Part shown: positions 56,995 through 64,000 of the stretch, one piece after another | How the letters are laid out: each line of letters starts with the position of its first letter | Position numbering within the stretch: position 1 is the first letter of the stretch | Assembly (NCBI GenBank): GCA_963667015.2 | Contig: CAXXJJ010000001.1 | Span: 672,001-736,000 of the forward strand | Direction of reading: 5' to 3' | Source: Desulfatiglandales bacterium | GTDB lineage: Bacteria; Desulfobacterota; DSM-4660; Desulfatiglandales; HGW-15 | Length of the DNA stretch: 64,000 nt | Made by a program: the position numbers and the translations under genes | The notes under the pieces: model-generated | What the model was told of the DNA's origin: nothing | The model's database searches: none | What the model saw: only the letters and a program-made list of their open reading frames with translations

Positions 56995-58866
56995 TTAAAG
57001 CGCCAATCCTATAACTTTATTTAAACGTTTTGCAAATTCTACAGGTTTTTCAAGTTCGGCTCCTTCAACCAGCATGGCCTGTTCAAGGAGGAGATAACTT
57101 ATATCTGAAATAAGGTCTTTATCATCAGATTTTTCGAGCTTTTTTACGATCTCATGATCCGGGTTAATCTCAAGTATCGGCTTGAACCCGGTAATATCTT
57201 TCTGGCCCATGGCCTTGAGCATATGCTGCATCTGGACCGTAGGATCACTTTCGCCTGCTACAATACAGGCAGGACTTTCACTCAACCGGCTGCTTGCAAC
57301 AACATCCTTTACACTTTCTCCAAGGGCTTCTTTCATTTTATCCAGGAGCGGTTTGAGTTCTTTTTCCTTTTCCCTGTCTTTTTCGTCTTTCAGTTCATCG
57401 GATGTCCCGCTCCTGTTAACAGCCTTCAACTCCATGTCCTGATACTTGCCAATAGAGGGAACAACAATCTCATCTATCTCGTCATCCATGATGAGTACTT
57501 CAATATCTTTCTTTTTATAGGCTTCGATAAGCGGTGAATTGCGAAGGGTATCTTCCTTGTCTCCGGTGATGAAATAGATAGCCTTCTGATCGTCCTTCAT
57601 TCTCTCCTTATATTCCGCCAGGCCTGTAAGCCCCTCAACCTTTGTTGATTTGAACCTGACAAGTTCCAGCAGGGTCTCTCTGTTTACAAAATCCGAATAG
57701 AGCCCTTCCTTTAGAGGCCGGTTGTACTGGGTGATAAATTCATTAAAAAGATCCTTGTTGTCTTCACTCATTTTTTTCAACTCGGCCAGGAGCTTCTTTA
57801 CAGAAGCAGATCTGATATTGGCAAGTATCCTGTTTTTCTGCAGTATTTCACGGCTTACATTCAGGGGCAGATCCTGGGAATCGATGATCCCTCGCATAAA
57901 GCGTAGATATACAGGTAACAGCTCTTTCCCGTCATCCATGATAAACACCCGTTTTACATAGAGCTTGACCCCGGGGGCATAATCAGCGTTATACAGATCA
58001 AAGGGAGCTTTTTGGGGGATGTAGAAAAGTGTAGTATATTCCTGTGCCCCTTCGGCTTTTGTGTGGAGGTAATAAAGAGGATCCTCAGTGTCATGAAATG
58101 AGGTCTTATAAAACTCGTTATAGTCTTCTTCCTTTAATTCCGACTTCTGGCGGGTCCACAGGGCAGAGGCGCTGTTTACCTGTTCTGTTTTTGTCTCTTT
58201 TTCTGCCTTTTTATTACCTTTCTCATCATATGGTGTTTCCGTATATTCAAGATAGATCGGAAAAGGTATGTGGTTGGAATATTTTTTAATAATCTCTTCT
58301 ATCTGCCAGCGGCTGGCATACTCTTTCCCCTCATCATTCAGATAAACCATGACTGTTGTACCGTGGGTTTCTCTCTCTGCCTCAGTGACAGCGTATCCGC
58401 TTTTTCCGTCGCTTTCCCATTTCCAGGCCTTTTCCTCTCCGGCCTTTCTGGTGATTACCTCAACCTTGTCGGCAATCATGAAGGCCGAGTAAAAGCCCAC
58501 TCCGAACTGTCCAATAAGATTGATATCATCAGCGGGCTTTTCATTAAGCCGGCTGATAAAATTTTTTGTGCCGGAACTTGCTATTGTTCCAATCTGGTTG
58601 TTAAGGTCATCCTCGTTCATGCCTATGCCGGAATCGGATATCTTCAGGAATTTCTTGTCCTCACCGTCAAAGGATATATCAATCCTGGGTTCAAAGGGGA
58701 TTGCCTTATAGGCCTCATCTGTAAGCGTCAGGTATTTCAGCTTGTCCAGCGCATCAGATGAGTTGGAAATAAGCTCCCTGATGGCGATTTCCTTGTGTGA
58801 ATAAAGTGAATGGATAATCAGCTGCAGCAGTTGATCGACTTCTGTTTTAAATTTACGTTTGGACAT
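56995..58866 (-). CDS. htpG: Molecular chaperone HtpG (Hsp90)
   Basis: IHSLYSHKEIAIRELISNSSDA, IGQFGVGFYSAF, LPLNVSREILQ. Confidence 0.97.
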   Translation of the reverse strand: MSKRKFKTEVDQLLQLIIHSLYSHKEIAIRELISNSSDALDKLKYLTLTDEAYKAIPFEPRIDISFDGEDKKFLKISDSGIGMNEDDLNNQIGTIASSGTKNFISRLNEKPADDINLIGQFGVGFYSAFMIADKVEVITRKAGEEKAWKWESDGKSGYAVTEAERETHGTTVMVYLNDEGKEYASRWQIEEIIKKYSNHIPFPIYLEYTETPYDEKGNKKAEKETKTEQVNSASALWTRQKSELKEEDYNEFYKTSFHDTEDPLYYLHTKAEGAQEYTTLFYIPQKAPFDLYNADYAPGVKLYVKRVFIMDDGKELLPVYLRFMRGIIDSQDLPLNVSREILQKNRILANIRSASVKKLLAELKKMSEDNKDLFNEFITQYNRPLKEGLYSDFVNRETLLELVRFKSTKVEGLTGLAEYKERMKDDQKAIYFITGDKEDTLRNSPLIEAYKKKDIEVLIMDDEIDEIVVPSIGKYQDMELKAVNRSGTSDELKDEKDREKEKELKPLLDKMKEALGESVKDVVASSRLSESPACIVAGESDPTVQMQHMLKAMGQKDITGFKPILEINPDHEIVKKLEKSDDKDLISDISYLLLEQAMLVEGAELEKPVEFAKRLNKVIGLAL

Positions 58867-59123
58867 CTTTCCTCCAGTCAGAATTTTATTTTAAAATATA
58901 GTTGTTTTATCCGGTAATCGCGGATCTGATAATTTTGAAGGTATTTTAACGGTGAAAAAATAAGTTTGATTAACAATTTGTCAAGCCTGTGCCCCCTGGT
59001 TTCTGGTCTCTGGTCTCAGGTTTTTCTTGCTTTTCCAATCTTGAATCTTTAATGTTTATCCTGTTAAATCCGCATAGCGGTTGGCACACTTAACCGGATG
59101 AACCGTATATACATTTATAATAT

Positions 59124-59657
59124 ATGACATACGATCACTGGGCAGCAAAACCTGTAAACCTGCAAAGGATGACCTATCCACAAATGGGGCACCCGAAGCC
59201 AAATGGTCTCTGGTTTGATGTTGACGGAAGCTGGAAGCAATGGTGTGAGGCGGTAAAGTTCCGACCGGAAGGTCTTTGTCGCCGCCACACAGTTTTCCTT
59301 CAGGATACGTCAAGAATACTTTTCCTGCAAAATATCGAAGATATCGATTTATTTACCAGCCAATACGGTCAGGATATTTCCGGCTATATCCAGCCAATTC
59401 AAAATTCCGAAGATCTCGATACGTTTGCATGCCAGTATGGCAAGGACCTTTTCCGCGATATTCTCGGGCAATTCTCAAATTATATCATGTGGGGGGAGGT
59501 TGCCGGGAAATACAGCGGTATCATTGTCGATCCTTATCTCCCTGAGAGAAGAGATACCTACCTGTGGTACTACGGCTGGAACTGTGCGGGTGGGTGTATC
59601 TGGGACACAAGCGTGGTTCGCCTGGGTAAGCCGTGCCCGGAGGAGTCTCACCCATGA
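59124..59657 (+). CDS. Hypothetical Trp-rich protein with internal 24-aa duplication
   Basis: KPNGLWF..W..WC and YSGII..PY..WYYGWNCAGGCIWD motifs; repeat LQNIEDIDLFTSQYGQD / IQNSEDLDTFACQYGKD. Confidence 0.6.
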   Translation: MTYDHWAAKPVNLQRMTYPQMGHPKPNGLWFDVDGSWKQWCEAVKFRPEGLCRRHTVFLQDTSRILFLQNIEDIDLFTSQYGQDISGYIQPIQNSEDLDTFACQYGKDLFRDILGQFSNYIMWGEVAGKYSGIIVDPYLPERRDTYLWYYGWNCAGGCIWDTSVVRLGKPCPEESHP

Positions 59658-59731
59658 GATTTTAACCCGGATTTAACATTAATAATCCACTTCGGCCTTC
59701 ACACACATAACTGCTTTAGCTAAAAGCCTTT

Positions 59732-60289
59732 TCAGCTAAGGGATTCTTTCCTGTAAATAGTCACCTTTTCGTGCCTTTTTATCCGACATTCAGGGGCAGT
59801 ATTTTCCTCTTTTTTTTCTAAATCTATACGAACGATTTCATAGCCCTTTTCAAGATGTTGCGAAAGCATTTTGTTGAAAATATTTTCAAGGTTTATGTCA
59901 TCCTTTAACGCAATTTTTTTGTGGCTGTTGATTGTCTCTTCAACTTCCATATTATATTGCAGGGATTCCCAGTCAATTTTTTCGATGTCCTCCTCATTGT
60001 CAGCTTCAGATGCAACAAGTGGCTCAAAGTAGCGGCAATACTTCGCGTAACCCGGCATGATCGACTTTAAAAACAATTCTCCATTTTCTTCGTTTTTAAA
60101 AGAAAATATTTTGCACTTGAGCGGGTCCGAGCCCTGTTCTATCACATGGAGGCATGCTGAACATGATTCATCCCGAACAGGTGTTGATAAAAAAATGGGA
60201 GATGATTCATCTGGTAATGATTCCTCTTCCGGTGTCATAAACATACGGGAAATATCTACCAGCCCCCTCCCCAGACTCTTTTGCCCCAT
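59732..60289 (-). CDS. Hypothetical ParA-partner protein with N-terminal LGRGL motif
   Basis: MGQKSLGRGL start, CSAC..C..C; GGAGG RBS; directly downstream of parA. Confidence 0.7.
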   Translation of the reverse strand: MGQKSLGRGLVDISRMFMTPEEESLPDESSPIFLSTPVRDESCSACLHVIEQGSDPLKCKIFSFKNEENGELFLKSIMPGYAKYCRYFEPLVASEADNEEDIEKIDWESLQYNMEVEETINSHKKIALKDDINLENIFNKMLSQHLEKGYEIVRIDLEKKEENTAPECRIKRHEKVTIYRKESLS

Positions 60290-60366
60290 CCCGATCTTCC
60301 CCTCCCTTTCTGTAATAGCCGAAAATATTCGGGATTAAAGTATTCCTGTTTTGAAAAATATGCCTT

Positions 60367-61359
60367 CTAATAATTATCTTCCGGGTCAGAGAAAGAATAT
60401 GCAGAAGGATTGACTGCAATGGCCTCAATCATTTCAGAAAAACTTGATTCAGGAGAATCATAAGTAGTGTCGTACTGGCCTTCGTATCCGTATTCTGTCG
60501 AGGCCTGTCTTGAACCGGGTGCCATGAAGCCTTCTGTCTTTTCGAGAATTTCGTAAGCCGAACCCGTTGAGTTGATGCTCTTGCCGGTGCCTGATGCATC
60601 GGAGCGAATCAATTCTTCTGCCAGGTTTTCATAGTCCGCATGACCAATAGCGTGCTTGTCATAATCTCCCACAGGCTGGCCGTAATCAACGGATTCTCTC
60701 AATCGGATATTGTAACGGATAACCGTTTCAAAGACATGCTTTCCGAATTCCGATTTGACTTTGTCCAGAACAATTTCGGAGTACCGTGTTCTGGCATCAT
60801 ACATGGTGATCAGAGCACGGGATTTGATTTCGTTGTCGAGTTTTTCATTCAGCATCACAATGATTTCAGTCAGTTTAGCGACTCCCCGTAGTGAGAACAG
60901 ACTCATATCGATTGGAATAATCACTTCATCCGCTGCACGAAGGGCATTGAAGCAAAGATGGCCGATGCTTGGCGGGCAGTCTATGATGATATACTCATAA
61001 ATTGCATCAAGATCCTGGATGGCATTAAAAAGGCGATCTTCTCTTCCTTTCAGACCGGAAAGTTCCTGCTCAACAACACTCAGGATAATACTTGAAGGGG
61101 CCAGATCAAAGTTTTCTTTGATTGGAATCAGGATGTCATCCAGCGTTACATCCCCGTCCTGTTTTGGTGTTATTACGTCATAAATGGTTTTTTCAAGATC
61201 AGAAGGCAATACATTCAATCCCATGGTAGCATGGGCCTGGGGGTCAAAATCGATCAGAAGCACTCTCTGCCCTCTAAGTGCCAAAGAAGATGCAAGATTA
61301 ATAGCAGTTGTTGTTTTACCACAACCCCCTTTTTGGTTTGCGCTGGCAATAATCCTCAT
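60367..61359 (-). CDS. ParA/Soj family ATPase with acidic C-terminal extension
   Basis: NQKGGCGKTTT deviant Walker A, IDFDPQAHAT, IDCPPS. Confidence 0.92.
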   Translation of the reverse strand: MRIIASANQKGGCGKTTTAINLASSLALRGQRVLLIDFDPQAHATMGLNVLPSDLEKTIYDVITPKQDGDVTLDDILIPIKENFDLAPSSIILSVVEQELSGLKGREDRLFNAIQDLDAIYEYIIIDCPPSIGHLCFNALRAADEVIIPIDMSLFSLRGVAKLTEIIVMLNEKLDNEIKSRALITMYDARTRYSEIVLDKVKSEFGKHVFETVIRYNIRLRESVDYGQPVGDYDKHAIGHADYENLAEELIRSDASGTGKSINSTGSAYEILEKTEGFMAPGSRQASTEYGYEGQYDTTYDSPESSFSEMIEAIAVNPSAYSFSDPEDNY

Positions 61360-61485
61360 ATGTCCCTACCTCCTCTGCTTCAATATTTTGATGTTTATAA
61401 TACAGATTGAGATCCACGTCCTTTGGTCGGGGTATTTTACTCATTAATTTTACATATCAGAGGAAACGTTATTCTTCAAGATAAA

Positions 61486-61531
61486 ATACCACATATTGTA
61501 TTTTGATTGCTCTTAAAACTATTTATTGTGG
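61486..61531. promoter_or_regulatory. Tandem NrdR-box-like sites upstream of parA
   Basis: ATACCACATATTGTAT (61486-61501) and AAACTATTTATTGTGG (61516-61531) compared by eye with consensus acaCwAtATaTwGtgt; starts 30 bp apart. Confidence 0.45.
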
Positions 61532-61538
61532 AATTTTT

Positions 61539-62831
61539 TTATAATCCGACCTCTGCAAGGTCAGGCCCGAGATAAGCTCTTTCGTTTTCACCGAGGCAGC
61601 CTAATGCGAGGCATATGATCGTCCAGAGGTGGATAGTATGATATCCGCCTTCATAATGCTCGTTAAGGTCACGGATCTGGGTGTGACAGTTATGACATGG
61701 GGTGATGCAGTATTTCGCTCCCGTTGCTTTTATCTGTTGGAATTTTATCTCCCCGAACCGGTATCGGGCATCAGTATATCCTGACTGCAGATAACCGCCT
61801 CCGCCTCCGCAGCAGTAATTGGCAGAACGGTTCGGTGTCATATCAATAAAATTTTCGTCACCAACCACGGATTTGACAACAAACCTGAGATCATCGGCAA
61901 CCGAATCTCCAAGCGATTTTCTAACGAGCTGGCATGGGTCCTGAAGAGTGAATTTGATATTAAGCTCTTTGTTCCAGTCGGAATTCACCCTGAGTTTTTC
62001 TTCTCTGATCCACTGCGCGTAATACTGTACAATGCTTTTGATTTCAAAGTTGTGCGGGATATTGAATCTTTTAAGTCCTTCCAGGACCGCATACATCTCG
62101 TGGCCTCACTCGGTATTGAGCCAGATACCGCATCCGAGGTCATCTACTGCCTTTGCCTTGACCCTGGTAATATGCTCCCAGCTTTCCAGGTCCTGTGCAA
62201 ACATGCAGTAATTTTCAGCTCCCCAGCCCTTTGTACCGTATGTCCAGTCCGATCCAGCAAGGTGAAGGATTTTCCACAGTGGAACCATTTCATCGGGTTC
62301 CATGGCCGGTTCTCTTGAGTTCTGGTTAAGAAAGAAACAGGCACCTTTTTTATTAATGGGTGCCTTGAGGTCTTCCCATCCTTCCTGTTCCTCCTGTACT
62401 TCTTCGAGCATATCTTCGATAGCAAACCGGAAGTCTTCTTCGGATATCCCCATGGCGCTGCATGTGTCGTTTTTCAATGCCATGTCGCAGGAGCCGGTAA
62501 TTCCCCTGGGTTTTTTATCTTTTGGCCATGCCTGTCTAGCGAGCCCGACCAAAGCGGCAATATCCGCATTTGCCGGACAGACAGCTTTACACCTCTGGCA
62601 CATGCTGCACATCCACGCCCAGGGTGTTGTGATTACCTCTTCATCCATACCATCAGCGATCATTCGTATGAATTTCTTTGGATCCAAGTTTTCAAGGCCT
62701 GTTGCAGGGCAGGCCTCCGCGCATGCATTACAGGTAAGGCAGAGGTCAAGATCACATTCTTGAAGCAGTTCATTGGCTTCCTTCCTGAATTCAGCTTTCT
62801 GTTCTGTTGAATTGTTCGTTTCTTCAGTCAT
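61539..62831 (-). CDS. HdrD/GlpC-like (Fe-S)-binding CCG protein, probable selenoprotein (Sec at 62106-62108)
   Basis: The two track ORFs are in frame across AAT ACC GAG TGA GGC CAC GAG ATG (NTE*GHEM), where CCG domains have ECGH; hairpin GGUCC-UGGAA-GGACU follows the UGA. Confidence 0.82.
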
Positions 62832-62862
62832 AAATTTCCTGATCGATTGTAATATGCTTCGT

Positions 62863-62894
62863 AAAAAACAGGTCGGATATAAAATCCGACCCTG
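62863..62894 (-). terminator. Probable intrinsic terminator
   Basis: GGTCGGAT-ATAAA-ATCCGACC hairpin followed by a T run on the minus strand. Confidence 0.6.
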
Positions 62895-63002
62895 CTAACG
62901 ACTTGAATAGTATCTTTTTTCACGGCGTGTGAAATGACAGATATCGGAGGATGCTTTTCACTCAGACCTCAAACCATGAACTGTGAACCTTAAACCACGT
63001 TT

Positions 63003-64000
63003 TTACCCCACACACCCCAGGCTTGGGTCCTGAACCACAATGGTCCGCTGTCGCCGTTTCTTTTTGACCTGGCACATCAGGGTCTTGTAGGTCGGAAACC
63101 CTGAAATAGGATCAAGCTGCCTGAGGTCGGTCAGGGCATTTACATTTGCTTTTCTCCAGGCATCTGTCCCCTGCGGACCTCCCCCTCCCACCGGCGCATA
63201 GACATATCCTTCCATAATGTCTTCTGTTACATTTGCAGTCATCTCAACAAAACCTCTGACGGTTTTCACAACTACCGAATCACCTGTTTCAATACCTCTC
63301 TCGCCGGCATCTGCAGGATTTATCTGGACCATGGGGTGCGGATATCGTTCCATGAAATCGGGTATGGCCCTTAAACAGGATTTCATATCCGGTTTAAAGG
63401 GGCCTGTGCCGAGTAACAGGGGAAACCGTTTGGTCATTTGCGGTTGACTTAAGGGGGTTTCATAGGATTCTTCATATCTGGGGAGACCGTCATATCCCAT
63501 CTCTACAAGGATTGTGGATTTGATCTCGAATTTTCCGCTTGGTGTCTCAAAGCCGGGTTGTCCGTCTCTTCTAAGCAGGCCTGTCTCCCATTTCCTGTAT
63601 CTCATGGGCTCCGGATTTTTTCGGACTGTGAATCTTTCGGCCTGTTCCATATCCTCCCTGGTGATGCCCGTACCTTTAAGAACATTATTGAGGAGATCCA
63701 TCTCTGTAGCCGGGAAACTGTCTCCATACCCGAGTTTTTCGGCGAGTTCGGTGAGGATGGTAAAGCATGGTTTGCTGTCACCTACCGGATCTATCATTCT
63801 TTCCCGCAGTCGTATGGCATTGCCGTAAAAGCAGTAGGAAGATTGCTCAAAGGCGGTGGTGGCGGGCAGTACAATATCGGCCCAGGCAGCATCACGTGTA
63901 AACTGCAGGTCTATTGAGACCATGAAATCCAGTTCGTTAAATGCCTTCTGCCACAGGATCGGATCAGGCCATGCCGTGAGGATCGAGGCGCCCATTATAA
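63003..64000 (-). CDS. Molybdopterin-dependent oxidoreductase (DMSO reductase family), C-terminal part
   Basis: ADIVLPATT.FE, GFETPSGKFEI, INPADA.ERGI.TGD.V, NVNALT...DPISGFP; continues past the window edge. Confidence 0.88.
   Translation of the reverse strand, partial: IMGASILTAWPDPILWQKAFNELDFMVSIDLQFTRDAAWADIVLPATTAFEQSSYCFYGNAIRLRERMIDPVGDSKPCFTILTELAEKLGYGDSFPATEMDLLNNVLKGTGITREDMEQAERFTVRKNPEPMRYRKWETGLLRRDGQPGFETPSGKFEIKSTILVEMGYDGLPRYEESYETPLSQPQMTKRFPLLLGTGPFKPDMKSCLRAIPDFMERYPHPMVQINPADAGERGIETGDSVVVKTVRGFVEMTANVTEDIMEGYVYAPVGGGGPQGTDAWRKANVNALTDLRQLDPISGFPTYKTLMCQVKKKRRQRTIVVQDPSLGCVG

Noticed and set aside
61539..62831. Nonsense pseudogene or two separate genes
   Set aside because: A single in-frame TGA at a conserved Cys position with a downstream hairpin fits selenocysteine better
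226..63917. Numerous short antisense or alternate-frame ORFs in the track (e.g. 226-750, 13855-14442, 18902-19498, 38312-39106, 58270-58761)
   Set aside because: They overlap well-supported genes and show no recognisable motifs; treated as shadow ORFs
1..64000. CRISPR array, rRNA or tRNA genes
   Set aside because: No regularly spaced 25-40 bp repeats, cas genes, cloverleaf or rRNA-like segments seen by eye

Overview
This is 64 kb of a low-to-moderate-GC anaerobic Gram-negative bacterium; gene content suggests Desulfobacterota. The order from the left is Rrf2-cydAB, an mtdA-like/HD/iron-sulfur-flavoprotein trio, and a TetR-controlled acyl-CoA degradation operon with no acyl-CoA dehydrogenase. 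Next is the standout, a ~14 kb mycofactocin-like RiPP/redox-cofactor operon. Its 47-aa precursor (14584-14727, ending IDGICGVY) is missing from the ORF track. It has mftB, mftC and mftF but no mftD or mftE. It also encodes two OYE/FadH flavoproteins, EtfA/EtfB, a heptaheme cytochrome c, a membrane heme-b/FeS/CCG oxidoreductase and two extra radical SAM enzymes. After it come two duplicated TonB-dependent receptors, a Tat-linked AOR, a CZB chemoreceptor and housekeeping genes (uvrD-like, folC, lptD, manC, PMM/PGM, gltX). The right end holds a Y1 HUH transposase bounded by 25-bp inverted repeats, an HD-GYP regulator, htpG, an orphan ParA with an LGRGL-motif partner, and a CCG-domain protein with an in-frame UGA (probable selenocysteine). 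I saw no rRNA, tRNA or CRISPR array. All calls come from reading motifs by eye; no searches were run.
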